Assembly: GCA_035563535.1 (NCBI GenBank)
Contig: DATMVD010000010.1
Span: 186,222 to 250,221 of the forward strand
Reading direction: 5' to 3'
Source: Pyrinomonadaceae bacterium
GTDB lineage: Bacteria > Acidobacteriota > Blastocatellia > Pyrinomonadales > Pyrinomonadaceae
Length of the DNA stretch: 64,000 nt
The notes under the pieces were generated by a model. The model was not told the origin of the DNA. It did no database searches and saw only the letters and a program-made list of their open reading frames with translations. The translations under genes and the position numbers were made by a program. Shown here in pieces: positions 49,443 to 59,418 of this stretch; within the stretch, counting starts at the first letter, position 1, and each line of letters begins with the position of its first letter.

Positions 49443-49700
49443 TTAGCCCTCGGCCTCGCGGTCGATGACGGCTTCGCCGCCGACGCGGGCCGCGGCGCTG
49501 CCGAGGATGAGGAGCACGACGACGGCGATGAGCGTCGCCAGGATGGCGTAGATGAGGAGGCCGGCGAGGCTGTCGTCCTCGCCCAGGACTCTTCTGATGA
49601 GGGCCTTGATGGCCTCGTTCCACGCGAGCGCCGCCACCAGCCCGAGCGAGGCCGAGGCGAGCGTGATCATCGTCTGAAGGAGGACGCGCGTTCTGTTCAT
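49443..49700 (-). CDS. Small two-TM membrane protein (DUF5654-like)
   Basis: 85 aa. Contains ITLASASLGLVAALAWNEAIKALI, matching a conserved small-protein family recognised from memory. Lies between two same-strand genes. Confidence 0.5.
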   Translation of the reverse strand: MNRTRVLLQTMITLASASLGLVAALAWNEAIKALIRRVLGEDDSLAGLLIYAILATLIAVVVLLILGSAAARVGGEAVIDREAEG

Positions 49701-49821
49701 CGGATTCTCCGCGGGAGGGTGACGACTGTGCGCGCGTTGTCGGGCGCGCGCGTACGACCGCTTCCACTTCTACGCGACGGCGCGCCGCGCGTCAACCGAA
49801 AATTTTTATCCCCTGCTTAGC

Positions 49822-50511
49822 TCAGAGGGCGCGGCACATCTCCGCGCCCCAGGGGGTGGAGACCGCGCGCTGGATGGAGGCGCGCACCTCGGCGTAGCTC
49901 CAGCCCTTGCGCTGCCAGATGGAGCCGTCGTCGTACTCGACGCGGTTGATGAGGACGCGCTCGGCGAAGGGGTCGGCCGACCCGTTGGCGAGGCTCGCGG
50001 CGCTGACGACCCCGGCCGGCCCCGAGCCGCCGAAGGCCCGCACCTCCTTCTCCTTGCCGCCCTTGATCTGGACGCCGCAGAGGAACTGCCGCCGCGTGAG
50101 GTTGGAAGGGTTCGCCGTCTCCTCGAACTGGTACTCCCAGAAGACGACGTCCACGTTCTTCCGCGCGGGGTTCTGCAACTTGACGCGGTAGACGTAGCCC
50201 TCGACCTCGACGACCTGCGAGCGCGACTCGCGCACGGCCTTCTCTATGGCGGCGCTGCGGGCGTCGATGGTGTCGGCGTTGGGGTCAAGGACTGCGGAGG
50301 GTTGGTTGGCGCGGCGGTTGCGCGCGTAGTTCTTGTCCGCCGCCGTCATGGCCGCCGCGGGCGCCGAGCCCTGCGTGTCGGGCCTCTCCACCTTCTGCCG
50401 GGTCTTCGTCCACTTCGCGCTGACCACGTTCAAGGGCGGGCCCTCGCCCGCGCCGTGCTGGAAGGGCGAGACCGGCGTCAACAGGAGCGGCAGGAGCAGG
50501 AGTGTTCTCAT
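49822..50511 (-). CDS. Secreted hypothetical protein
   Basis: 229 aa. Signal peptide MRTLLLLPLLLTPVSP. No recognised domain. Confidence 0.5.
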   Translation of the reverse strand: MRTLLLLPLLLTPVSPFQHGAGEGPPLNVVSAKWTKTRQKVERPDTQGSAPAAAMTAADKNYARNRRANQPSAVLDPNADTIDARSAAIEKAVRESRSQVVEVEGYVYRVKLQNPARKNVDVVFWEYQFEETANPSNLTRRQFLCGVQIKGGKEKEVRAFGGSGPAGVVSAASLANGSADPFAERVLINRVEYDDGSIWQRKGWSYAEVRASIQRAVSTPWGAEMCRAL

Positions 50512-50608
50512 GATTCGCCTCCGGCGCTGGGCTGCTGCGGAGAAGATTAGAGACGCCCGCCCCGGCTGTCAACGAACATTTTCCTTGAGCCGCGGGCCGG
50601 ACGCGCCC

Positions 50609-51175
50609 TCACCCGCCGGCCTTCAATCGTCGCCGGTGCTCGGCCAGCATGTTGCAGAAGAGCGCGCCCTGCGAGACGGCGTCGTCGAGCGCCTTGTGCG
50701 TGTAGGGCAGGTCGTCGAACCAGTCGCGGGGCATGTTGCGCTTGACGGTGTTGAGGAAGTCGCGGCCCGTCAGGGCCATCGCGAAGGTCTTGATGTCGAG
50801 GGCGTGCCAGCCGAAGGGGTTCTCGCCGGTGAAGCGGTTGAGGTACCAGCAGACGAACATGAAGTCGAAGGCCGCCGGGTAGGCGACGAAGACCGGCTCG
50901 CCCGGCAACGCCTTGAGCCATTCGAGGTAGCGCCGCATCGCCTCCTCGGGCGGCTGCACGTCTTGGCGGCAGGCGGCCCACGCCTCGGGCTGCGTCTTCC
51001 ACCACTTCATCGTGTCGGGGTGCTGCTGCGCGCCGGGCAGCGTCTCGAGGTTCGCGGTGAACCCGCCGTGGAGCGTCTTGTCCGGCAGGTAGGCCGCCGA
51101 CCCGATTGACAGCATCGAGTAGACGCCGGGGATCGGCCCGTCGGTCTCCACGTCCGTGCTGACGTAAATTTCCAA
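50609..51175 (-). CDS. 3'-5' exonuclease, DEDD/DnaQ-like family
   Basis: 188 aa. Exo I motif [10 protein letters not shown]. Confidence 0.7.
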   Translation of the reverse strand: MEIYVSTDVETDGPIPGVYSMLSIGSAAYLPDKTLHGGFTANLETLPGAQQHPDTMKWWKTQPEAWAACRQDVQPPEEAMRRYLEWLKALPGEPVFVAYPAAFDFMFVCWYLNRFTGENPFGWHALDIKTFAMALTGRDFLNTVKRNMPRDWFDDLPYTHKALDDAVSQGALFCNMLAEHRRRLKAGG

Positions 51176-51270
51176 ATCGGTTCCCTCCTCTGGCTCGCGT
51201 GACGGCCCCGGCCCCGCGCGCGCGGCGTCGGCGTTGCCGGCGCGCGCGGCGGCGTGCTAAAAGGTCAAAC

Positions 51271-52197
51271 ATGATGAAGTGCGGAGCGAGACGCCTCGGC
51301 AGCATACTACTTTTCGCGGCCCTCACGGCACAACTCGCCGAGGGTGCGCAGGCGCCCGCCGCGCACTACCGCGCCTTCGACGCGAAGGGCAGCGCCGTCA
51401 CGCTGCAAAACATTATCAACTCGCTCGAACGCGCCGACGTGCTCTTCGTCGGCGAGACGCACGACAACCCCGTAGCGCACACGTTGGAGGCTGAGCTGCT
51501 GCGCCTTACGGACGAGGCTTACGGCCCCTCCTCTCCGAAGAGGCGCGCCGTCGCGCTCTCGCTTGAGATGTTCGAGCGCGACGTGCAGACGGTGCTGGAC
51601 GAGTACCTCGCGGGACTCATCAGCGAGAGGCATTTTCTTCTGAGCAGCCGGCCGTGGAGGAACTACGAGACGGACTACAGGCCGCTCGTCGAGTACGCGC
51701 GCGCGCACAAGCTGCCCGTCATCGCGGCCAACGCCCCCGCGCGCTACGTCTCGCGCGTGTCGAGCCGGGGGCCGGACTCGCTCACAGCGCTCCCGCAGGT
51801 CGCGGTCAAGTCGTGGCTCCCGCCGCTGCCCTTCCCCCCGGCGTCTGAAGGATACGCGGCGAAGTTCAACCGCTTCATGGGCGGCGCGGGCGCGGGGCCG
51901 AGCGCGCACGGCGGCCTCCACCTGCTCGAAGCGCAGACGCTGCGCGACGCTTCGATGGCCCACGCCATCTCTGAGTACCTGAAGCGCGTTCGCGACCCGC
52001 TGGTCGTGCAGGTCAACGGCACCTTCCACAGCGAGGAGCGCATGGGCGTCCCCGAACAGCTCGCGCGCTACCGGTCGAAGGCACGCGCCGTCGTCCTCAC
52101 CATCGTCCCCGCCGAAACCTTTCCCAACTTCGACGCCGCCCTCGGCCGACTCGGCGACTTCGTGATAATTACAGACCCCGCCGTCAAAGGCTCCTAA
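51271..52197 (+). CDS. ChaN-family lipoprotein / haem-binding uptake protein (Tiki/TraB superfamily)
   Basis: 308 aa from MMKCGARRLGSILLFAALTAQLAEG. Has the LFVGETHDNPVAH motif. Confidence 0.7.
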   Translation: MMKCGARRLGSILLFAALTAQLAEGAQAPAAHYRAFDAKGSAVTLQNIINSLERADVLFVGETHDNPVAHTLEAELLRLTDEAYGPSSPKRRAVALSLEMFERDVQTVLDEYLAGLISERHFLLSSRPWRNYETDYRPLVEYARAHKLPVIAANAPARYVSRVSSRGPDSLTALPQVAVKSWLPPLPFPPASEGYAAKFNRFMGGAGAGPSAHGGLHLLEAQTLRDASMAHAISEYLKRVRDPLVVQVNGTFHSEERMGVPEQLARYRSKARAVVLTIVPAETFPNFDAALGRLGDFVIITDPAVKGS

Positions 52198-52289
52198 CAG
52201 TACCGCGAGCGGTAGCGAGCGGGTCAGAGTTACTTTGAAAGGGCTTTTGTCGTAGCGCGCACCCGCTCGCTACCGCTCGCGGTTCTGTT
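52196..52289. repeat. Family-D palindromic element
   Basis: AACAGTACCGCGAGCGGTAGCGAGCGGGT ... CACCCGCTCGCTACCGCTCGCGGTTCTGTT. Begins inside the ChaN stop codon. Confidence 0.85.
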
Positions 52290-52479
52290 GACTTGCCAGA
52301 ACTCGATTCGGCAGGCAAAATAGCTGTTGCTTTTGTCGTCGCTATTCGCGACCGAGAGGCGGGTGTTGCGGATTTAACGGATAGAGTTTAAGAGAGAAAC
52401 AGACGCAGAGTCTTGAGTCTTCGCCGGGCGCCGGGTCGCCGGGCGCGAGTTTCATCAGTCTTTAGAACGGAGAAATGTA

Positions 52480-52683
52480 ATGGCAACAGTCGTCGTCAAC
52501 CAGGGCGAGTCCATCGAGAGCGCGCTGCGCCGCTTCAAGCGCAAGGTGATGTCCGAGGAGATCATCAAGGACGCGAAGAAGCACGCCTTCTTCATGTCCC
52601 GCGGCCAGAAGGCCAAGCTCAAGTCGGCCCTCGCCCGCAAGCGCAACAAGCGCAAGTCGCGCCCGATGCGCCCCCGGAGCTAA
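52480..52683 (+). CDS. rpsU: 30S ribosomal protein S21
   Basis: 67 aa (MATVVVNQGESIESALRRFKRKV...). GGAGA lies upstream. Confidence 0.9.
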   Translation: MATVVVNQGESIESALRRFKRKVMSEEIIKDAKKHAFFMSRGQKAKLKSALARKRNKRKSRPMRPRS

Positions 52684-52694
52684 ACCGGAAAAGC

Positions 52695-52776
52695 ACGTAA
52701 ACCGTAAACCGTGAACCGTGACAAGAAGGAGTCATCTCCTCTCTCGTCACGGTTCACGGTTTACGGTTTACGGCTC
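52695..52776. repeat. Family-A palindromic element (27-bp perfect arms CGTAAACCGTAAACCGTGAACCGTGAC / GTCACGGTTCACGGTTTACGGTTTACG)
   Basis: Lies between convergent rpsU and the S9 peptidase gene. Likely a bidirectional terminator. Confidence 0.85.
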
Positions 52777-54720
52777 TTACAGGTTTTCAATCTCGACCGG
52801 CTCGACGTTGTCCGCGAGCGGGAAGCCAAAGACGCGGGAGTAGAAGTAGAGTTCGCCGTCGAGGGCGCGCTTGATGTTCTCGGCCTTGCGGAAGCCGTGC
52901 TGCTCGCCCTCGAAGGCGACGTAGGCAACGGGCAGCCGCTTCTTCCGCAGGGCCTCGACCATCAGCTCGGCCTGGTTCGGCGGCACGATCTTGTCCTCCA
53001 AGCCCTGGAAGAAGATGACCGGGCACGAGAGCCGCTCGGTGAAGTTGATCGAGGAGCGCTCGTGGTAGAGGTCTTTGCGCTCGGGGTAGGGGCCGATGAG
53101 CCGTTCGAGGTAGCGCGACTCGAACTTGTGCGTGTCGCCGACGAAGACCGTCAGGTCGCCGATGCCGAAGTGGCTCGCGCCCGCGCGGAAGGTGTCGCGG
53201 AAGGTGAGCGCGTTGAGGGTCGTGTAGCCTCCCGCGCTCCCGCCCGTGATGACGCAGCGCGCCGGGTCAACGTCGCCCCGCTCTATCAAAAACTTCGCGC
53301 CGTTGACGCTGTCGTCAACGTCCACCACGCCCCACTCGCCGTTCAGACGCTGCCTGTACTCGCGCCCGTAGCCGGTGCTGCCGCCGTAGTTCACGTCGAG
53401 GACGGCGATGCCGCGGCTCGTCCAATACTGCGTCTCCATCCGCAGGGTCGAAAAGGCCGCGGAGGTCGGGCCGCCGTGGCACTTGACCAGCAGCGGCGGG
53501 CGCTCGCCCGCGGGCGCGACGAAGTCGGGGTTGCGCGGCGGGTAGTAGAAGGCGTGCGCGGTGCGCCCCCCCTCGGTCGGGAACTCGACGGCGCGCGGCG
53601 TCGAGAAGTACGCCGGGTCTACGTCGGTCTCGCTGGCGCGGCGGAGCACCTGCGCCTCAAGAGTCTTCAGGTCGAGTTCGACGACCGCCGCGCGCATCGT
53701 CGGCGAGCCCGCGCGGAAGACGGCGCGCGTCGCGTCGGCGCGGACGTAGGTGATGTCCGTGTAGGGCAGCTCGACGCGCTCTAAGGTCTTGCGGCGCGTG
53801 TCGAGCAGCCCCAGGCTCCAGTCGCCGCGCCGCGCGTAGGCGCAGACGATGAGGTCGTCCGAAGCGAAGGCGTAGGCGGACATGGCGAAGAGCCACTGCG
53901 GCAGCCCGAACTCCGCGTCCGCCTCGTGGACTGCCTCCGTCGCGCCGTCCTCGTTCAGCCGGTAGATGTTCCACCAGTTGTTCCGGTCGGAGACGAAGTA
54001 GAGCGTGCCCGCGGGCGACCACTCGGGCTGAAAGATGGACTCGTCGTCCCCCCCCGCCACGCGGCGCGACTCGCCCAACGTGCCGTCCGCGTTCAGCTCG
54101 CCGACCCACAACTCGCTCCCGTCCCAGGGCATGTTCGGGTGGCTCCACGTGAGCCAGGCGAGACGCCTCCCGTCCGGGCTCAGGCGCGGCGACGAGTAGA
54201 AGTCGTTGCCCGAGGCGATGACCCGCCCGCCGTCCTCGCCCGACGCTCCGTCAACGTTAACCGTGACGAGCGTGTTGACGGCCTCGCCCCCCTCTCCGGT
54301 GTGTTCTTCGCGCACGGCGTAGAGGAGGCGGCGCGCGGCGTCGAGATGGAAGTCGCTGTAACGGAACTTGCCCTCGGGCGTTAAGGCTTGCGGCGCGGCC
54401 TCGAACCGCTGGCGGTAGACGCGCTGGTCGGCGAAGTTGGCGAAGTAGACCACGCCGTCGCCGACGGCGAAGTCGCCGCCGCCGTACTCGTGCACGCGCG
54501 TGCGCGCGTTGAAGCCCTGCGGCGTCACGTCCGAGAGGTGGCCGTCCGGCGTCCTGCGCACGACGCAGTTGCGCCCGCCCTCCGACGGCCGCAGCTCGAC
54601 CCAGTAGGTGTTCGCGCCGTCGAGCGCGATCTGCCCGAGCCCGACCGTCGCCGTCACGATGAGGTCGGACGTGATCGGCGACTTCCACGAACCGTAAGGC
54701 GCGACATGAGGCTGAGTCAT
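52777..54720 (-). CDS. S9 family serine peptidase (acylaminoacyl-peptidase / dipeptidyl aminopeptidase type; N-terminal beta-propeller plus alpha/beta hydrolase)
   Basis: 647 aa. Contains GGSAGGY (GxSxG) and C-terminal Asp/His regions. Confidence 0.85.
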   Translation of the reverse strand: MTQPHVAPYGSWKSPITSDLIVTATVGLGQIALDGANTYWVELRPSEGGRNCVVRRTPDGHLSDVTPQGFNARTRVHEYGGGDFAVGDGVVYFANFADQRVYRQRFEAAPQALTPEGKFRYSDFHLDAARRLLYAVREEHTGEGGEAVNTLVTVNVDGASGEDGGRVIASGNDFYSSPRLSPDGRRLAWLTWSHPNMPWDGSELWVGELNADGTLGESRRVAGGDDESIFQPEWSPAGTLYFVSDRNNWWNIYRLNEDGATEAVHEADAEFGLPQWLFAMSAYAFASDDLIVCAYARRGDWSLGLLDTRRKTLERVELPYTDITYVRADATRAVFRAGSPTMRAAVVELDLKTLEAQVLRRASETDVDPAYFSTPRAVEFPTEGGRTAHAFYYPPRNPDFVAPAGERPPLLVKCHGGPTSAAFSTLRMETQYWTSRGIAVLDVNYGGSTGYGREYRQRLNGEWGVVDVDDSVNGAKFLIERGDVDPARCVITGGSAGGYTTLNALTFRDTFRAGASHFGIGDLTVFVGDTHKFESRYLERLIGPYPERKDLYHERSSINFTERLSCPVIFFQGLEDKIVPPNQAELMVEALRKKRLPVAYVAFEGEQHGFRKAENIKRALDGELYFYSRVFGFPLADNVEPVEIENL

Positions 54721-54736
54721 TAAGCTTCCTCCAAGT

Positions 54737-55975
54737 TCACAAGTTAACTCCGCGGCGCTCGGGCGGCGCGATGACGGCGCTGAAGTCCCGGGCGAAGCGC
54801 TCCGAGTAGTCTTCGAGCAGACCGCGCACGCGCGCGAGGTCGGGGGAGCGGACGACGAGGCCGACGTGGTACGGCTTCTCCACGCGGAAGACGATCTCGG
54901 GGTCGTCGTATCGGGAGGTGTCGGGGTGCTCCTGGCGCGCGAGCGAGAGGGCGAGGCCGCCGTACTCGCGCCTCGGTTCGAGCCTCCCTATTCGCTCGCC
55001 GCGCGCGTGCGCCACCTCCACTCGCGCCCACTCGCGCCAGAGGTTGTGCCCCGTCGCGGCCTCCAGGGTCTCGGCGATGAAGGCCCCGCCGACGCGCGCG
55101 GCCACTTCGAGGAAGTAGAACTCGCCGTCCTCCGCGCCACGGATGAACTCGGCGTGCGCCGCCCCGCGTTCGAGGCCGAGCGCGCGGAGCAGCTCCGCGT
55201 TGAGCCGCGTCAGCTCCCGGTACTCCTGCGAGTCGTAGTCGAGCGTGTGCGTGGTGAAGACGCCGCCGCCCTGCGCCACATCGAGCGGCGGCCGCCCGTA
55301 GCGGCTCGCGCCGTTGAAGATGACCTCGCCCCCCTCCGAGACCGAATCGACGTGGAAGACTTCGCCGCGGACGAACTTTTCGAGCAGGTAGTAGGAGGAC
55401 TTGTCCTGCAAAGCCTCGCGCGCGTCGAGGGCTTCGATGGCGCGCCAGACGTGCTCCGACTCCTCCAGCCTTCGGATGCCGGACGCGGACACGTCCGAGC
55501 GCGGCTTGACGACCCACGGCGGCGGCACGTGCTCCATGTACTCGCCGACCTCCTGGTAGTTGAAGAGCGGCACGAAGTCGGGGACGCGCAGGGATGCGTC
55601 GCGCGCCCGCTGCCGCATGGCGAGCTTGTCGCGGAAGAGGCGCGCTCGCGCGCTGTCGAAGCCGGGCAGGCGCAGGTGCTCGCGCGCGAGCGCCGTGGTC
55701 ACCACGTCGAACTCTTCGAGCGCGACGAGCGCGTCGATCTTCTGCTCGCGCGAGAGGTAGGCGGCCGCGTGGGCGACGAGTTCGCCGCCCGCGTCGTCCG
55801 GCAGGTAATGGACGGCGTCGAGCGAGTCGTGCGGCCAGGGCTCGCCCCTCGTGCGCTCGCGCGTCAGCAGCTCGACACGCGCCCCCTGCCGCTTGCACTC
55901 GCGCAGGAAGTCCGCGCCCTTGAAGTGGCTCGCCACGCAGACGACCTTCACAGCCCTCTGTGACGCTTCCGCCAA
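54737..55975 (-). CDS. ATP-grasp domain protein
   Basis: 412 aa. ATP-grasp fold similarity (VVKPRSDVSASGI ... EFYFLEVAARVGG). Starts 16 nt after the upstream stop. Confidence 0.7.
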   Translation of the reverse strand: MAEASQRAVKVVCVASHFKGADFLRECKRQGARVELLTRERTRGEPWPHDSLDAVHYLPDDAGGELVAHAAAYLSREQKIDALVALEEFDVVTTALAREHLRLPGFDSARARLFRDKLAMRQRARDASLRVPDFVPLFNYQEVGEYMEHVPPPWVVKPRSDVSASGIRRLEESEHVWRAIEALDAREALQDKSSYYLLEKFVRGEVFHVDSVSEGGEVIFNGASRYGRPPLDVAQGGGVFTTHTLDYDSQEYRELTRLNAELLRALGLERGAAHAEFIRGAEDGEFYFLEVAARVGGAFIAETLEAATGHNLWREWARVEVAHARGERIGRLEPRREYGGLALSLARQEHPDTSRYDDPEIVFRVEKPYHVGLVVRSPDLARVRGLLEDYSERFARDFSAVIAPPERRGVNL

Positions 55976-56027
55976 ACGCGACTCCTTAGTTTAAGGATGA
56001 AGCTTTCGCGGGAGAGTATAGCAGGAG

Positions 56028-56141
56028 AAAGTAGACAGTAGTCAGTAGTCGGTAGGAAAACAGAGGCGGCGCGTTCCGGTTATAAGCCGAGCGCGCCGCC
56101 TCTCTTTTCTACTGGCTACTGACTACTGTCTACTGTCTACT
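56028..56141. repeat. Family-B palindromic element, near-identical to the one at 21714-21826
   Basis: Left arm GTAGACAGTAGTCAGTAGTCGGTAG and right arm CTACTGGCTACTGACTACTGTCTACTGTCTACT, with a nested GC hairpin in the loop. Confidence 0.8.
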
Positions 56142-57512
56142 TCAGTAAATGTTGAAGTTGTACTCCAGCACCACGTACTGCGAGACGCTTCGGCCGTCCT
56201 TCTCGGCCGGGGTGAAGCGTATCTGGCGCGCGGCCGAGATGGCCTTCTCGGTCAGGCCGTCGGGCAGGCCCTTGACGACGCTGATGCCCTGGATGCCGCC
56301 GGAGGAGTGGAGGATCGCGCGGAGCCGCACGACGCCTGTCACGTTGTTCTTGCGCGCCTCCTCGGTGAAGCCCGGCTCCGGCTTGAAGGTGATGATCGCC
56401 TTGCGCGTCACCTCGTTCTGCCGGAAGGGGCGCGAGTAGTCAACGCCGCCACCGCCGCCTCCGCCGCCGGGGCCGCCGCCGCCTTCGCGCGCGTCGCCGC
56501 CGCCCGTGTTATACCCGCGGCCGGGGCCGTAGCCCGTCCCGTCGCCCGTGCCGATGCCGCCACCGGTGCCGTCACCCATGCCGCCGCCGCGGCCCTGGCC
56601 CGAAGAGGGTATCGTCGCCGTCGAGCGCGGGTCGCCGTAAGGCAGCGGCCGGTCGTCGGCCTTAATCAGCGCCGGGTCGGCCTGGATGATGGAAGGCACC
56701 GGCAGGTGCGCGTTCATCACCGGAGGCTTCGGCGATGGCGGGTTGATGGGCGGCTGATCCAACTGCGCGGGGGGCAGCTTGCCCGCGGAAGCGGGGGTCT
56801 GCTCCTGGCGGCCGCCGCCGCCGCCGCCGCCCGGCTTCTCATACTTCGGCTTCGAGCCGCCGCCCTTCCCCTCGTTCGTCCCCGCCGGGCCCTTGTCGGG
56901 CGTCGGCTGCTCCTTCGGAATCTCGTTCTCGACGTAGCCGACGATCTCAAGATTCTCGTAAGGGTTGGTGCTGGCCGCCGCGTTCCGCAGCCGGAGCTGC
57001 TCCAGGACGGCGACGATGCCGATGATGCCGAAGGTGACGACGATGCCCGCCGAGATCGCAAGCGCCACGTTGCGCTGCGAGATGAACTTCCAGCCCGCCG
57101 TGCCGTAAGCCCTGGCCGACCGCTTCGTGAACCCGACGGGGTCGCGCTTGAACTCGGGCCACGTCAGCTCGGCGTCGTGCCCGACGGCCTTCAGCTCTTT
57201 GATGAGGCGGCGCGTCAGGCCCTCGTCTTCGAGGAAGGTCAGGTGGAGTTCTTCGCGCTCGTTCGGGGTCGGCGGTAGACCTGCGCCCGCCGCGGTCGCT
57301 TCGGAGGTCTCCGAACCGTTCGCGCCGTTCGCGCCGCCCGCGCCGTTAGACGAGGACGCGCCGACAGGCGGAGCCGCCGCGGTCACGACCGACTCGTCCG
57401 CCGCGCGGAAGGCGGCAGCCCCCTCGGCGTGGACGCCCAAAGGCGTCCCGTCCACCGGGCAGAAACCGAACTTATCCGCGAACTCCTCTTGGCACGTAGG
57501 ACACTGTTTCAT
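56142..57512 (-). CDS. Zinc-ribbon / TM / Gly-rich / TonB-C-domain protein, a paralogue of the anti-sigma-TonB-C protein at 21827-23209
   Basis: 456 aa. N-terminal MKQCPTCQEEFADKFGFCPVDG. The C-terminal ~360 aa are almost collinear with the other copy, and the 3' DNA is near-identical. Confidence 0.7.
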   Translation of the reverse strand: MKQCPTCQEEFADKFGFCPVDGTPLGVHAEGAAAFRAADESVVTAAAPPVGASSSNGAGGANGANGSETSEATAAGAGLPPTPNEREELHLTFLEDEGLTRRLIKELKAVGHDAELTWPEFKRDPVGFTKRSARAYGTAGWKFISQRNVALAISAGIVVTFGIIGIVAVLEQLRLRNAAASTNPYENLEIVGYVENEIPKEQPTPDKGPAGTNEGKGGGSKPKYEKPGGGGGGGRQEQTPASAGKLPPAQLDQPPINPPSPKPPVMNAHLPVPSIIQADPALIKADDRPLPYGDPRSTATIPSSGQGRGGGMGDGTGGGIGTGDGTGYGPGRGYNTGGGDAREGGGGPGGGGGGGGVDYSRPFRQNEVTRKAIITFKPEPGFTEEARKNNVTGVVRLRAILHSSGGIQGISVVKGLPDGLTEKAISAARQIRFTPAEKDGRSVSQYVVLEYNFNIY

Positions 57513-57818
57513 TTTCTTAAGGAACCTCCCGTCGAACCACGCGGGGAAAGGGTAGCCCGTGCTGTACCCAAGTTACAAACTTTTTCCGAACCATTCAAGC
57601 CCCGGAGCGGAGCCTTGCGTGCGGCTGGCGGGCGGGCGGGTCGTCCGCAAGGTGCTCTCTGAACAGCTTTTGATGCCCCGCCCGCCCGAATCGCTGCCAT
57701 CTGACCGCCCGCCGCCCCGAAAAAAGACGGCCCGCCCCGCCCCGCCCGAAGGCATTTGACGCCTCCCGCGCCTGCATCTAAGATTTCCGGGAACTGCTCC
57801 CCGTTGCCGTAAAAAACC

Positions 57819-57911
57819 GGGTCAGTACCGCCTGCGGTAGCGGGTGGGACTCCGGCGACACGGCGCCCTCGGGTTATGACGACCCACCCGCTACCGCAGG
57901 TGGTACTGACC
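57819..57911. repeat. Family-E palindromic element
   Basis: GGGTCAGTACCGCCTGCGGTAGCGGGTGGG ... CCCACCCGCTACCGCAGGTGGTACTGACC. Ends 9 nt before the M16 gene's ATG. Confidence 0.8.
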
Positions 57912-57920
57912 TGATTAGCT

Positions 57921-59336
57921 ATGAAAAGCCCAAAACTTTCGCTGCGAGCCCTGACCGCGCTCCTCCTGCTCTGCTCCGCCTGGGTCGCCGCGCCGGCGCA
58001 GTCCGCGCCCGAGCCGCGCCGCGAACAGCTCCTCAACGGACTGCGGATCCTGATGTGGAGCCGTCCGGCCGACCAGAACGTGCTCATCCGGCTCCGCGTC
58101 CACAGCGGCGCGGCCTTCGACCTCGCCGGCAAAGAGGGGCTGATGGCGACCCTGGTTGACGCCATGTTCGACCAGCAGACGCGCGACTACGTGACGGAGG
58201 AGTTGGGCGGCCGCATCGAGGTCGTCCTCGGCTACGACGCCATCGACATCACCCTGGCCGGGCGCTCGACGGACTTCGACCGCCTGCTCGAACTCGCGCG
58301 CAACGCCGTCACCAACCCGCAGCTCACGCCCGAGAACTTCGAGCGCGTCCGCGCGGCGCGCGTCAAGGCCCTCCGCGAGAAGACGCAGACGGCCGCGGCG
58401 GCGGCCGACCTCGCCGCCGCCGCGCGACTCTTCGGCGCGTACCCTTACGGCCGCGGCACGGCGGGCACGCCCGAGTCGCTCGCGGCCGCCCAGCGCGGGG
58501 ACATCCTGCTCCTGCGCGAGCGCTTCCTCAACCCCGACAACACGACCCTCGTCATCGTCGGCGGCTTCGAGCCGAAGCGCGTGATGCGTTCGATGCGCGA
58601 GTCCTTCGGCGGCTGGCGCAAGAGCGACCGCGCCGTCCCCGCCACTTTCAAGCTTCCCGAGCCGCCCGACGAGCGCACGCTCGTCGTCAACCGCGCGGAC
58701 GCCGCGGGCGTCGAGCTGCGCCTCGCCCTGCGCGGCTTCGCGCGCACGGACATCGACTCGCCGGCCGCGCAGGTCATCGCGCAGGTCGTGCGCGCGCGCT
58801 GGCTCGCCGCGATGCCCGAGCTGCGGGAGCGCTCGGCCTACGCGGGCCACGACGCTTACAGGGAGAACGGCATCTTCCGCATGGGCGCTACGCTTCAGTC
58901 CCCGGCCGAGGCCGCGAAGGCGCTCGAAGCCGCGCGCAAAATTCTGAACGACCTTTCGACGAATGCGCCCACGGCCGCGGAGCTTGACGCGGCGAAGCAG
59001 GCGGCCGCCTCCGCGCTCGGCGCGAACGTCTCGGGCGACGAGGCCGCGGCCTCAGCATGGCTCGACGAGCACACGTACAAGAACAAGGCCGCCACGGCCG
59101 ACGCACTCGCGCGCGCGGCGCAGGCGCTCCCGCCGGGCGACGCACAGCGCGTCGCGGCGCGCCTCTTCCTGCACGCGCCCGTCGCCACGGTCGCGCTCGG
59201 CGACGCCGCGCAGCTCAGGACTGAGCTGGCGCGCGTCGGCACGGTCGAAGTCTTCGGCGAGGCGGCCGCCAAGCCCCCGCAGCCGCAGCCCACGCCCAAG
59301 CCGCAGCAGCCGACGCTCCAGTTGAAACGGCCGTGA
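57921..59336 (+). CDS. M16 (insulinase/pitrilysin) family peptidase-like secreted protein; no HxxEH motif seen, so possibly a non-catalytic subunit
   Basis: 471 aa with a signal peptide. M16 fold similarity. C-terminal PQPQPTPKPQQPT tail. Confidence 0.65.
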   Translation: MKSPKLSLRALTALLLLCSAWVAAPAQSAPEPRREQLLNGLRILMWSRPADQNVLIRLRVHSGAAFDLAGKEGLMATLVDAMFDQQTRDYVTEELGGRIEVVLGYDAIDITLAGRSTDFDRLLELARNAVTNPQLTPENFERVRAARVKALREKTQTAAAAADLAAAARLFGAYPYGRGTAGTPESLAAAQRGDILLLRERFLNPDNTTLVIVGGFEPKRVMRSMRESFGGWRKSDRAVPATFKLPEPPDERTLVVNRADAAGVELRLALRGFARTDIDSPAAQVIAQVVRARWLAAMPELRERSAYAGHDAYRENGIFRMGATLQSPAEAAKALEAARKILNDLSTNAPTAAELDAAKQAAASALGANVSGDEAAASAWLDEHTYKNKAATADALARAAQALPPGDAQRVAARLFLHAPVATVALGDAAQLRTELARVGTVEVFGEAAAKPPQPQPTPKPQQPTLQLKRP

Positions 59337-59418
59337 AGGGGCGTACAAGTCGCCCCCAACTCGCAAAGAAACTGCAAGTCAACTGCAACCAAAGGCCCCA
59401 CGCCTTCACATAACCTAT

